Shown here: in pieces, positions 19,267 to 29,182 of the stretch
Layout of the letters: every line of letters begins with the position of its first letter
Numbering within the stretch: position 1 is the stretch's first letter
Assembly (NCBI GenBank): GCA_013001965.1
Contig: JABDLA010000135.1
Coordinates: 1,823 to 65,822, forward strand
Direction: 5' to 3'
DNA from: Flavobacteriaceae bacterium
GTDB taxonomy: Bacteria > Bacteroidota > Bacteroidia > Flavobacteriales > Flavobacteriaceae
DNA: 64,000 nt
Program-made: the position numbers and the translations under genes
Notes under the pieces: generated by a model
The model's database searches: none
The model's input: the letters and a program-made list of their open reading frames with translations, nothing else
Told to the model about the DNA's origin: nothing

Positions 19267-21673
19267 ATAAACTATATCTTAAGGCAAGAATGAAGTTTAT
19301 CCCCGGTGCTGCGATTCCGGACGAATACGTACGATACCGCTGATTAGTAATGTTTTCTACAGTGGCAGTAATTGAAGTTGATTCTGAGATCTCATATTGT
19401 GATCTGAAATTTAAGGTGTACCAGGACGGCGAATACGGATTTCCATTTTTATCAGATGCATAGAGGAAGTCCTTGTCAATTTCTGAAGGTGCTAGTTGGG
19501 CGAAGGACAATTCACTGTTGAATTCGAAAAACCCATCTAGCTTAATTTTATCCTTTTTCCAAATTAAATGGGTGTTTCCAAAGGCAGGAGCCACATGTCT
19601 TACTGGAACTTCAAGGCCATCCATGTCCTCTTCACTTCCTCCAATGACGCTATACTGCGATGTAAATTGTAATGATTGGTTGAATGAAACTTTCAATCCC
19701 GCCTCGAATCCATAGATCCATGCTTTAGATGCATTTTGAATGGCCTGAACAGTACTCAATTCACCGTCATACATAATTTCTGTTTGCCCATTGATACTAA
19801 AATCACGTCGAACTAATGCATTGTCTAAATAGGTATAATAGGTGGCAAAATCGAGTACAATATCATTGTTAAAATTAACGGTAACTCCAAGTTCACCACC
19901 ATAGGCATATTCCGATTTTAAATTTGGATTTGGCACCACAACCGAACCGGGTTCTGAATCAAATATTTTTCCTATATCATCAATGTTAGGTGCTCTGAAC
20001 GCTGTTGATGCATTTAATTTCCATTGTATGATGTCATTAGGTGCCCAACTTAAGCCTGCGGTTGCTGTTAATGCGCCCGTATCGAGGTTCGCATTCTGAA
20101 ATGGTAAATTGAAAAATGCATTGTTTTCAGTAAGATCGGCATTGATAAATATGTGATTATAGCGAATCCCCGATTGAAAAGCCAAAGTCTTGTTTGGCTT
20201 ATATTTAAAACTAAGATAGGCTGCCGCTGACTGCCAAGTCGAGCGGTCAGGGTATCTGGAAGCAATGTCTTCAATGACATTGGTATTTATATTGGTTTGA
20301 AATCCATCTGATCCAACTTCATTGTACAAATATTCTGCCCCATAGAATATCTTTGATTTATCGGAAACAGATTTTTCGAAGTCTAAATTAGCTGAAATGG
20401 CATCTACATTTTCCTCTCTTATTCGCCTGATCTCAGAATCAAAATTTCGGTCAATCCTGCTTTCCTTAAAATTTTGATAGGCAGTGGTTAACTTCAAATT
20501 ATCGTATAAATTGGAGTTGCTTTTAAGAACGGTAAATTGCAAATTCCCGAGAAACCAGCGTTGCGGGCCATAATTCCATTCAGCAGATCTTAATTGGCCG
20601 TCCCGATAACGAATTAACCGATCATATCTTGGATACTCTGAAGTTTCGGTATAATGCAGACCAAGATCATAACTTACTTTTTCGCTGGGTTTATAGTGCA
20701 CTTTCTGTAAGAAGTTCATCTGATCATAGCCGGTAAATTTTTGTTTCCGTGGATTTGTATTCTGAACAATTTGATCCTGGCCATTAATAGTTTCAATATA
20801 TTCCGGCCTGAGAAAGTCATCAGGTCCATATTTTCCCATTTTCAGATCATCGAAATCAGTATAACTGAAGCTGGATAGAAAAGCCCATTCCTTTAAGCCA
20901 AAACTCAAATCAACATGTCCTGTTTTTTCATTACTGGCCGATGCATATCTTACAATCCCATTGGCATTGAAAGCCAGTGAATCAGTCTCTGATAATTGAG
21001 GTTTCTGTGAATAAAAGTTCATGACACCGCCAATGGCATCACTTCCATAAATAACAGAGCCTGCCCCTAAAATAACTTCGGTGTTCTGTATAGTAAACGG
21101 GTCTATGGAAATAACATTTTGGACATTTCCTCCCCTGAAAATCGCATTGTTCATTCTTACATCATCAACTGAGATCAATAATCTGTTGGTTGAGAATCCT
21201 CTTATCATTGGGCTCCCACCACCTTGCTGACTTTTCTGGATAAAAACCTGTCCACTGTTTTTCAGAAGGTCAGCGCTTGTTTGCGGTGTTGCGAAAACGA
21301 TGTCTTCTTTTTTTAAGCTTAATATTTTTTGTGGGACCTCCTTTTGACTTTGTTCAAATTTGGAGGCCGAAATTACAACAACATCAAGATCTAAGGCTTT
21401 TGGTTTCAATAATACCAGGGTGGAAATACTGGATTTCAGCAGTCTCTTATTATAAAAAGAGATATGCTGGAAGGTTAGAAGTTCATTTTGATCGAATTTT
21501 TCAAGATCAACCTTACCATCAAAATCGGAAATGACATTTTTAGTTTTAGACGCATTATAGACTGCAACTCCAATGATAGGCTCCATGGAAGACTGGTCCA
21601 TAATGACGACTTCCTGAGCATAAAATTTGGTGATAAGAAAACAGAAAAATAGTACTATTCTAAATAGATTCAT
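19265..21673 (-). CDS. TonB-dependent receptor with FRAP/NPNL boxes
   Basis: 802 aa. N-terminal carboxypeptidase-regulatory-like domain, plug (GGGSPMIRGF.TNR), AFRAPNIDD...VVVPNPNLKSE, and a terminal aromatic-rich strand. Confidence 0.88.
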   Translation of the reverse strand: MNLFRIVLFFCFLITKFYAQEVVIMDQSSMEPIIGVAVYNASKTKNVISDFDGKVDLEKFDQNELLTFQHISFYNKRLLKSSISTLVLLKPKALDLDVVVISASKFEQSQKEVPQKILSLKKEDIVFATPQTSADLLKNSGQVFIQKSQQGGGSPMIRGFSTNRLLISVDDVRMNNAIFRGGNVQNVISIDPFTIQNTEVILGAGSVIYGSDAIGGVMNFYSQKPQLSETDSLAFNANGIVRYASASNEKTGHVDLSFGLKEWAFLSSFSYTDFDDLKMGKYGPDDFLRPEYIETINGQDQIVQNTNPRKQKFTGYDQMNFLQKVHYKPSEKVSYDLGLHYTETSEYPRYDRLIRYRDGQLRSAEWNYGPQRWFLGNLQFTVLKSNSNLYDNLKLTTAYQNFKESRIDRNFDSEIRRIREENVDAISANLDFEKSVSDKSKIFYGAEYLYNEVGSDGFQTNINTNVIEDIASRYPDRSTWQSAAAYLSFKYKPNKTLAFQSGIRYNHIFINADLTENNAFFNLPFQNANLDTGALTATAGLSWAPNDIIQWKLNASTAFRAPNIDDIGKIFDSEPGSVVVPNPNLKSEYAYGGELGVTVNFNNDIVLDFATYYTYLDNALVRRDFSINGQTEIMYDGELSTVQAIQNASKAWIYGFEAGLKVSFNQSLQFTSQYSVIGGSEEDMDGLEVPVRHVAPAFGNTHLIWKKDKIKLDGFFEFNSELSFAQLAPSEIDKDFLYASDKNGNPYSPSWYTLNFRSQYEISESTSITATVENITNQRYRTYSSGIAAPGINFILALRYSL

Positions 21674-21674
21674 T

Positions 21675-22391
21675 TCAATGAAAAACCTGATTTAATATTG
21701 CCAATGACTGCGGTTCTTTAAAACCGTCCAAATGTAATTTATAATAATGTAAAATCATATCTAAAAACTCTTGTTTTTGATCTGACGACATTTGGAGTTT
21801 TTTATTACCATCAAATTTTATACCTAACAACTGTTTTAAAAAAGTTAAATTTTGTCCGGACACGCAATATATGCCGGTTTTTTCATTTTGAAATTTACCT
21901 TCAAGCAGGTTAAAAAAAGGAGCTTTTAAATCATTCCCCGGATAGAAACCAAGATATTTGGTGAACTCAATCAGGAATAAAAAATGAAAATTTGAATACA
22001 CCTCATGGGTTTCGAACCATTTGATTGAAGTTTCCAGAAAATTATAAAGTTCCATATTCTGTTCTTCCTCTTTTACAATATTGGAGGTGATTTCGGCAAG
22101 AAATAAAACGATTGCACTTTTGATAACATGAGTGTGTATGGAAGGCGTGGGAAAATACACTTTAACATCTTTGATGTATTGAAGTGATCTGTTTTCTTTA
22201 TGATCAGCCTCAATCTCTATCATCGAAAACAACTGAAAATAGGCCGGCCTGACATTTCGTTTTTTCGAACTGAGTATGTTTTTAAGCAGATAACTTTTTA
22301 TGCCATATTTGGCCGTATAGCATTTAACAATAAGATCATTGTCCTTATAACGAAGTTTAGAAATAACAATCGCTTTAGTAGAAATTTGCAT
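21675..22391 (-). CDS. recO: DNA repair protein RecO
   Basis: 238 aa with an N-terminal OB-like pattern (T.AIV....Y.D.D.IV.CYT...G..SYL). Size and layout are typical. Confidence 0.72.
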   Translation of the reverse strand: MQISTKAIVISKLRYKDNDLIVKCYTAKYGIKSYLLKNILSSKKRNVRPAYFQLFSMIEIEADHKENRSLQYIKDVKVYFPTPSIHTHVIKSAIVLFLAEITSNIVKEEEQNMELYNFLETSIKWFETHEVYSNFHFLFLIEFTKYLGFYPGNDLKAPFFNLLEGKFQNEKTGIYCVSGQNLTFLKQLLGIKFDGNKKLQMSSDQKQEFLDMILHYYKLHLDGFKEPQSLAILNQVFH

Positions 22392-24736
22392 TATCTCACT
22401 ACCATTAATTTAAGGACTCTAGTTTCGAAAGTATCAAGATCAGAAAGCATGATCAAATATACACCCGATGAAACCGCATTATTGGCCAGGTTTCGGCCAT
22501 TCCAATAGGCGGTTCCGCCATCGATCTCAAGATTATAGCCTTTGAACCTAAGGTTTTTATTCGATTCGGCTTCGGCTACTAAATTGCCCTCAATATCGGT
22601 GATCTTGATATTCACATTTTCGCTAATGTCCTTTATGGTGATCTTTTTATCAAAATCATTATAACCTGGCCGTACCGGATTTGGAAAAATAAATGCATCT
22701 GCAAGGTCATCCTGAGGTTTTGAGCTTCCGGATCTAAAGGAGACCAAACCTCTGTCGGTCGCGATATAGACCACCCCATTATTACTATCAATGGATACAT
22801 CGATCACATTGTTGGATGGAAGCGGCGAATTATCTGTGGTGAAATGATAAATTGTTTCCTGACCATCTGCTGAAAAATAAAATACCCCAGACCCAATGGT
22901 TGAGATCCATTTATTATTTCCACCATCAACTTTTATATCAGAAATGAATTGAAACTGCAATAATTCTTTCGGAATACCATCTTCAAGAATGATAATAGGT
23001 TCAGTCCGAACATCATTGCTTTCAAAAAAATTTGAGGTGTTGTATAAAACTCTCAGTCCTCGTATCGTTCCAATCCATAATTGATTTCTATTATCAATTG
23101 CAAGAGATCTGATCGCAGGGTCAGGTAAATTTGCAATTTCTTCATCAAATATATTTTTGATCTCATTGGTGGTATCATTGAAACCAATTACTCCTGAACG
23201 CAGGGCCCCGATCCATTTCGTTCCATTATTATCTATGACAATGTCACTAAAGCCTAATTCATCAAATAGCCCGTTTGGGATTATGGCACTGAAATCATAC
23301 CCCTGCCATTGTCCGGATGCCGGATCATAGGATTTAAGCGGGCGTTGCACCCGGCAGGTCATAGACCATAGTACATCATTCTGATCAAAGGTTGATCCCG
23401 ACACTCTAATGCTTACGAAATCAGGGTTATTGGGAAGAACCAGCGATTCCAATCCACTATTGTTCTGATTATATCGAATTGTGGGTACATCATCATTAAT
23501 CTCGACAATACCGCTCCCAAATGAACTAACAAACACCTGGTTAGGGTTGGAGGGGTTTATTGAAATAGCATTTAAATCTGTTGCATTGAACAAACTGTCA
23601 AATGGGATATTATTCCATTCGCCCTCTCTTAAATGACTTAAACCATATTGTCTCACCGGTGATGGATTATAGGTCAACGAATAGTCCCCATATGAAACCC
23701 ATAAATTCCCGGCTTCGGCCTGAACAGCAAAGGCACTGTTGCGCAACGGGCCGTCCGGATGAATTTCGGTGTATTCTGTTGGACTAAGATGACTGGACGA
23801 AAGAAGGCCAAATTCTTCTGTTCCTATATACACATTGTCAGCTGTACTCACCGCTGAGGTAAATTCTGTTTCAAAATCGGGCTGTACCGAATAGTTTGCT
23901 ATCAAATTAAAATCAGGATCATACACATAAACCCGGTTCTTCAGTGTCACCGTTAAAGTGCCATTAGCACTTTTTAAATCAAGAGGAATATCTGGATAAG
24001 TAAAGAGCTCATTAAGGGCGGTAATAATCAATTCATAAATCACATTGTTTAGCCGTGTTGTGAACAATCTGTTTCCTAATGCTTCAATGCCTAAGAAATT
24101 TCCAGGTTGAAATTGCGTCCATTCCTGGTAATCGATCAAATCATCACTCGCAACCAACGCTCTTCGCAATCCGCTATTGCTTTTGCAAGCAGCATATAAG
24201 TAATCGCCAAAAACCTCGGTTTGTGCAACAATAATCCGTGTTCCATTATTCCCAATAAAATAAGTGTCACCAAACTCTAAACGGTCGAGGTCATAGACCG
24301 AAATGCCGTAATCTGTGGCTATATAAATAAAATTATTGAATTCGTTGAAATGATTAATCCGTTTATTATCGGGAGGAATGGTGGGTTTATCTATTATATC
24401 AACCACTGTTAGAACATCGTCGTTCGCTTCGGAATAAATTTCCATCAAACCGCTGCTATAACCAATGACCAGTAATTCATAAGCTTCGCTATAATAAATG
24501 GTTGAAATGAAATCGCCAGAAAGCCCATTAATAGTAGTTAATGTATTGAGTTCTGAAGTTAGGATGTCATAACTAAACACCACATTCTCTGAAGCTGCAT
24601 AGATCTTGTCATTCCCTTCAACGACATCAATAATATTCAGATAGGAGAAGTGGCCTTGCCATAAGGTAGAAAAGTCCTGTGCATGGAGCTGGGCAAATAA
24701 CAAGCTAATGACAATAACTGCAATTTTCTTTTTCAT
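22391..24736 (-). CDS. Two-beta-propeller secreted protein with T9SS CTD (PorZ-like)
   Basis: About 781 aa from MKKKIAV, with a signal peptide and repeated propeller-blade motifs. C-terminal FIFPNPVRPG....GVYLIML sorting domain. The PorZ assignment rests on architecture only. Confidence 0.6.
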   Translation of the reverse strand: MKKKIAVIVISLLFAQLHAQDFSTLWQGHFSYLNIIDVVEGNDKIYAASENVVFSYDILTSELNTLTTINGLSGDFISTIYYSEAYELLVIGYSSGLMEIYSEANDDVLTVVDIIDKPTIPPDNKRINHFNEFNNFIYIATDYGISVYDLDRLEFGDTYFIGNNGTRIIVAQTEVFGDYLYAACKSNSGLRRALVASDDLIDYQEWTQFQPGNFLGIEALGNRLFTTRLNNVIYELIITALNELFTYPDIPLDLKSANGTLTVTLKNRVYVYDPDFNLIANYSVQPDFETEFTSAVSTADNVYIGTEEFGLLSSSHLSPTEYTEIHPDGPLRNSAFAVQAEAGNLWVSYGDYSLTYNPSPVRQYGLSHLREGEWNNIPFDSLFNATDLNAISINPSNPNQVFVSSFGSGIVEINDDVPTIRYNQNNSGLESLVLPNNPDFVSIRVSGSTFDQNDVLWSMTCRVQRPLKSYDPASGQWQGYDFSAIIPNGLFDELGFSDIVIDNNGTKWIGALRSGVIGFNDTTNEIKNIFDEEIANLPDPAIRSLAIDNRNQLWIGTIRGLRVLYNTSNFFESNDVRTEPIIILEDGIPKELLQFQFISDIKVDGGNNKWISTIGSGVFYFSADGQETIYHFTTDNSPLPSNNVIDVSIDSNNGVVYIATDRGLVSFRSGSSKPQDDLADAFIFPNPVRPGYNDFDKKITIKDISENVNIKITDIEGNLVAEAESNKNLRFKGYNLEIDGGTAYWNGRNLANNAVSSGVYLIMLSDLDTFETRVLKLMVVR

Positions 24737-24804
24737 GTTAATAGCTTTCAATATCAAATATATTTATAAGTAACGACAAATACTTAAAAATCATATGTTT
24801 TTGA

Positions 24805-24833
24805 AATAAAAAAGCTCCCAATCCTGGAAGCTT
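24805..24833 (-). terminator. Terminator downstream of gdhA
   Basis: Minus-strand AAGCTTCC/GGGAGCTT stem (one G-U pair) followed by a T-run. Confidence 0.6.
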
Positions 24834-24854
24834 AATTACCAATATATTTAAAGA

Positions 24855-26198
24855 TTATATAACACCTTGAGCAAGCATGGCATCGGCTACTTTCACAAAT
24901 CCGGCAATATTTGCGCCTTTTACGTAATCGATATAACCATCCTCCTCTTTTCCATATTCGATACAGATATCATGAATATCCTCCATAATATCCTTAAGCT
25001 TGGTATCAACCTCTTCCCGCGTCCAGTTAAACCGCAATGAATTTTGTGTCATTTCCAATCCGGAAGTAGCAACTCCTCCCGCATTAGAAGCTTTGCCCGG
25101 AGCGAATAAGATCTTAGCTTTATGAAATTTCTCTACCGCCCCTTTGGTTGATGGCATATTAGCGCCTTCGCTAACGCAAATACAACCGTTTGAAAGGAGT
25201 GTTTCGGCATCTTTATCGTCTAATTCATTTTGAGTCGCACATGGCAAGGCAATATCACAGGCAACACCCCAAGGCGTTTTTCCTGCAGTATATTCGGCAT
25301 TTGGATAGACCTTTACATATTCGCTAATACGGCCACGTTTTTCATTTTTTAAATCCATAACATAAGCCAGTTTATCCTCATCAATGCCTTCGGGATCATA
25401 AATATATCCGGATGAATCGGATAAGGTCACAACTTTTGCTCCCAGGTGAATTGATTTTTCGGCAGCAAATTGTGCTACATTACCAGATCCGGAGATCACA
25501 ACCGTTTTATTCTTAAATGAATCGTCTTTTGTTTCAAGCATGTTCTGAGCAAAATATACAGTCCCGTATCCCGTTGCCTCAGGACGAATCTTGGATCCTC
25601 CCCAACTCATGCCTTTTCCGGTCAATACGCCAGTAAATTCATTCTTCATTTTTTTATACATGCCAAACAGAAATCCGATCTCACGTCCACCTACACCAAT
25701 GTCACCTGCAGGGACGTCGGTATTTGGTCCAATGTGTCTGAAAAGCTCACTCATAAAGGCATGGCAAAACCGCATGATTTCATTATCGCTTTTCCCTTTG
25801 GGGTCAAAATCACTTCCTCCTTTTCCTCCACCCATTGGTAAAGTGGTCAAACTATTTTTAAACACCTGTTCGAAGGCCAAAAACTTCAGAATACTCAAAT
25901 TCACTGATGGATGGAATCTTAAACCGCCTTTGTAAGGGCCTATGGCAGAATTCATTTGAATTCTAAAGCCTCTGTTCACCTGGATTTCACCATGATCATC
26001 AACCCAACATACACGAAACATCACTACACGTTCAGGTTCAACCATTCGAAGTAAAATATTTTTTCCATAATAAATGTCGTTTTTAACTATATATGGAATG
26101 ACCGTTTCGGCAACCTCCTCAACGGCTTGTAAGAATTCGGGTTCTCCCTGATTACGTATCTTAACATATTCTAGAAATTCCTTGATCGTTTGTTTCAT
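24855..26198 (-). CDS. gdhA: NADP-specific glutamate dehydrogenase
   Basis: 447 aa with LPMGGGKGGSDFDPKGKSD and the GSGNVAQ Rossmann motif. Confidence 0.95.
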   Translation of the reverse strand: MKQTIKEFLEYVKIRNQGEPEFLQAVEEVAETVIPYIVKNDIYYGKNILLRMVEPERVVMFRVCWVDDHGEIQVNRGFRIQMNSAIGPYKGGLRFHPSVNLSILKFLAFEQVFKNSLTTLPMGGGKGGSDFDPKGKSDNEIMRFCHAFMSELFRHIGPNTDVPAGDIGVGGREIGFLFGMYKKMKNEFTGVLTGKGMSWGGSKIRPEATGYGTVYFAQNMLETKDDSFKNKTVVISGSGNVAQFAAEKSIHLGAKVVTLSDSSGYIYDPEGIDEDKLAYVMDLKNEKRGRISEYVKVYPNAEYTAGKTPWGVACDIALPCATQNELDDKDAETLLSNGCICVSEGANMPSTKGAVEKFHKAKILFAPGKASNAGGVATSGLEMTQNSLRFNWTREEVDTKLKDIMEDIHDICIEYGKEEDGYIDYVKGANIAGFVKVADAMLAQGVI

Positions 26199-26244
26199 GA
26201 AATTGAGTTTAATTGAATTGATATGATAACTAAATTTATGAGGA

Positions 26245-26252
26245 CAAATATA
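26245..26252 (-). promoter_or_regulatory. -7 box (TATATTTG on the minus strand) for gdhA
   Basis: Plus-strand CAAATATA about 47 nt upstream of the ATG. Confidence 0.4.
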
Positions 26253-26394
26253 CGTTAACTTTTAAAAATTAATTCCTATTTTTTATGAATTCAAAGAGGC
26301 TGTTTATAATAAATTATTAGATTTAGTGTTATAAGTTAGAAGAAAAGAAAATTTGCATTTTATCGGATTTATTTGTTCTTTTATCGAGTTTTTC

Positions 26395-26402
26395 TATATT
26401 TG
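26395..26402 (+). promoter_or_regulatory. -7 box (TATATTTG) for the outer-membrane protein gene
   Basis: 37 nt upstream of the ATG at 26439. Supports the shorter start. Confidence 0.45.
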
Positions 26403-26438
26403 TTGAACAATTACACTCAAATCGCTGAAAATTGTACC

Positions 26439-27224
26439 ATGCTCAAACTGAAACAATTGCCCATCGTTTTATTTATTGCTTTAGCCTCAGGCTTTAGTTA
26501 TGGCCAACTTGGATTTTCTCATGAAATCGGCGTCATTGCCGGCCCCGTGGAGTTTAGAGCCGATTATGGTAGCCGTAATAATGAAGAAACCAACCTTGGT
26601 AATACGGGGATTGGAGTAGGGATCGTTCACTATATTAATTTCTCATATAGGGCAGATTGTAATTGTTATACAACAGACACCTATTTTAATGATCATTTTA
26701 AGCTTAGGAGTGAGATATCATGGAATAAAACAACATTGAATCATTTTGGAGAATGGGTCGACCCTGATAAAACCAGTCCGAATGCAGACCGATTAAGAGC
26801 ACATAGTGGTGAAGCCAATAATTTCGATATTGGAATGCAATTGGAGTATTTTCCTAAGAGTATTCGATCGTTTCAAGCGTTTGCCTACAAATTTGCTCCT
26901 TTTGCGAGTTTGGGAGTTCACTATACGTCCTATTCGCCTAAAGCCAGTACAACATATGGCGACGGAAGTATAACAAATCCGGCAAATTTTTATTCGTATT
27001 GGGAGCCTGGATCAGTCAATCCTCAGAGCGGATCGGCATTTTCAATGGTAACCAGTGTTGGTGTTCGATATAAGCTTACTGTTCTTTCAGACCTGATGCT
27101 TGATCTCAGATGGCAATTGTACTTTGATGACTGGATTGACGGCCTGAATCACCAATTAAGTTTCAATAAATTTAATGATTGGTTGATCTGGTTAAATTTT
27201 GGGTATATCTATTACCTGGATTAA
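26439..27224 (+). CDS. Putative outer-membrane beta-barrel protein
   Basis: About 261 aa from MLKLKQLPIVLFIALASGFSYGQ, with a signal peptide and alternating aromatic/Gly-rich strands. Confidence 0.6.
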   Translation: MLKLKQLPIVLFIALASGFSYGQLGFSHEIGVIAGPVEFRADYGSRNNEETNLGNTGIGVGIVHYINFSYRADCNCYTTDTYFNDHFKLRSEISWNKTTLNHFGEWVDPDKTSPNADRLRAHSGEANNFDIGMQLEYFPKSIRSFQAFAYKFAPFASLGVHYTSYSPKASTTYGDGSITNPANFYSYWEPGSVNPQSGSAFSMVTSVGVRYKLTVLSDLMLDLRWQLYFDDWIDGLNHQLSFNKFNDWLIWLNFGYIYYLD

Positions 27225-27227
27225 TCA

Positions 27228-28367
27228 TTAATTTAAAGCCTGTTTAAGATCATCGATCAGGTCCTCCGCATCTTCAATTCCAACGCTCAATCTTATAAGA
27301 GAATCAACTACACCCGTTTTCTCACGTTCCTCCTTCGGAATACTTGCATGTGTCATACTTGCCGGATGCCCCGAAAGCGATTCTACTCCACCCAAGGACT
27401 CAGCTAAAGTAAACAGTCTAAGATTTTCCACTATCCGGATAGCCTCATTATAATCATTTCCTATTGTGATGAACGAAAGCATGCCGCCAAAATCTTTCAT
27501 TTGAGATTTTGCAATGTCATGATTGGGGTGGTCTTTAAAACCGGGCCAGTACACCTTTTCAATTTTTGGATGATCGGCCAGAAATTCGGCGACTTTCTTT
27601 CCGTTTTCACAATGGCGCTGCATTCTTATATGAAGCGTTTTAATGCCTCTCAACATAAGAAAACAATCCTGTGGCCCGCTAACGGCGCCACTTGCATTTT
27701 GCAGAAATGCCAATTTCTCGGCCAAGTCATCATCATTCACTACTAATGCACCCATAACGACATCACTATGACCACCGAGATATTTAGTCGCCGAGTGCAT
27801 TACAATATCTGCACCTAAGGTTAAGGGCTGCTGCAAATAAGGTGTTGCAAAGGTGTTGTCAACCGCAAGCAGAATCTGCCGGGTTCGAGCCAAAGCTGCA
27901 ATTGATTTAATATCTATGACGTTAAGCATTGGATTTGTTGGCGTTTCAATCCAAATAAGTTTCGTGTTTGCATTTATATAGGTCTCGATCTTAGCGGCGT
28001 TTTCCATGCCGATGAAATGAAATTTTATACCGTATTTCTCATACACTTTAGTGAATAAGCGATATGTTCCTCCATACAAATCATTGGTTGAAATGACCTC
28101 ATCTCCCGGTTCTAAAAGTTTAATTACAGCATCAATTGACGCCATTCCCGAAGCGAATGCCAGACCATGTTTTCCATTTTCAATACTGGCGAGTGAATTT
28201 TCCAATGCTGTTCGCGTAGGGTTATGCGTTCTGGAATATTCAAAGCCTTTATGCCCTCCCGGTGTACTTTGTGCATAGGTAGTTGTTTGATAAATTGGAG
28301 GCATGACGGCACCATAAGCCGGATCATGTTCTTGTCCGCCGTGAATCGTTTTGGTATTAAATTTCAT
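27228..28367 (-). CDS. Cys/Met-metabolism PLP-dependent enzyme (cystathionine gamma-synthase/lyase family)
   Basis: 379 aa with the PLP-lysine block SATKYLGGHSD and ETPTNP. Confidence 0.9.
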   Translation of the reverse strand: MKFNTKTIHGGQEHDPAYGAVMPPIYQTTTYAQSTPGGHKGFEYSRTHNPTRTALENSLASIENGKHGLAFASGMASIDAVIKLLEPGDEVISTNDLYGGTYRLFTKVYEKYGIKFHFIGMENAAKIETYINANTKLIWIETPTNPMLNVIDIKSIAALARTRQILLAVDNTFATPYLQQPLTLGADIVMHSATKYLGGHSDVVMGALVVNDDDLAEKLAFLQNASGAVSGPQDCFLMLRGIKTLHIRMQRHCENGKKVAEFLADHPKIEKVYWPGFKDHPNHDIAKSQMKDFGGMLSFITIGNDYNEAIRIVENLRLFTLAESLGGVESLSGHPASMTHASIPKEEREKTGVVDSLIRLSVGIEDAEDLIDDLKQALN

Positions 28368-28387
28368 TTGGAATTATATTAGTGCAA

Positions 28388-28395
28388 CAAATTTA
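28388..28395 (-). promoter_or_regulatory. -7 box (TAAATTTG on the minus strand) for the PLP enzyme gene
   Basis: Plus-strand CAAATTTA 21 nt upstream of the ATG. Confidence 0.4.
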
Positions 28396-28462
28396 GTTTT
28401 TAATTCGTTCTATTCAAATCTATTATGATATCTTTAAATATACTTTTTAAAAACGACCAATC

Positions 28463-29182
28463 ATGAGAAAAATAGTGGTAGTCTTGGGCGGTTTTCTCCT
28501 ATTTTTTTCCTGTGAAGAAGAGCTTAATTTAAACTTTACTGAAATCAATGCGATTTATAAAGAAAGTGCCATCATTGAAATCAATATCCCCAAGGCCGAA
28601 GGAAAAAGCGCATTGAGCAAAGCTATAAATTCTACTCTCGAAAATCATATTGCAAGCGTCCTGAATTTCAGTGAGGAGGATTCAGAAACTATTCAGCTAG
28701 ATGAAGCGATTAAACACTTTGAAGCGGAATTTAAAGCATTTAAATCAGATTATGAAGAAAGTGCGATGGTATGGGAGGCGGTTTTTGACGGTGAGGTTAT
28801 CTATCAATCTCCTGAGGTCATTTGCATTGCTATAAACGGTTATACCAATACCGGAGGGGCTCATGGAAATATGAACATCACCTTATATAACTTTGACATC
28901 AAAGATGGTGCTGTTCTAAAGCATGATGATATCATTTTAAAAATGGAAGAATTCATGGAAATCGCTAAGCAGTATTTCACAAAGGAAATCGAAGCACAGG
29001 GAGAAGATATGGCAGAAGACTATTTTTTTGAAGAAGGTTTTCATTTACCCGCAAATATAGGATTCAATGATGAGGGCATTCTCCTTCTGTACAATGTTTA
29101 TGAAATCGCCTCTTATGCTCAGGGACTTACTGAGTTCACTATTCCTTTTGAAGAAGTCAATTCCTTTTTAAAGGTACATTAG
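28463..29182 (+). CDS. DUF4163/DUF3298 domain lipoprotein
   Basis: 239 aa with a signal peptide and Cys, plus the typical YTNTGGAHGN block. Confidence 0.75.
   Translation: MRKIVVVLGGFLLFFSCEEELNLNFTEINAIYKESAIIEINIPKAEGKSALSKAINSTLENHIASVLNFSEEDSETIQLDEAIKHFEAEFKAFKSDYEESAMVWEAVFDGEVIYQSPEVICIAINGYTNTGGAHGNMNITLYNFDIKDGAVLKHDDIILKMEEFMEIAKQYFTKEIEAQGEDMAEDYFFEEGFHLPANIGFNDEGILLLYNVYEIASYAQGLTEFTIPFEEVNSFLKVH

Noticed and set aside
28368-28462. Possible SAM or other riboswitch upstream of the Cys/Met PLP enzyme gene
   Set aside because: The intergenic region is only 95 bp, AT-rich and shared with a divergent gene. It has no extended conserved helices, and the -7 box sits 21 nt from the ATG.
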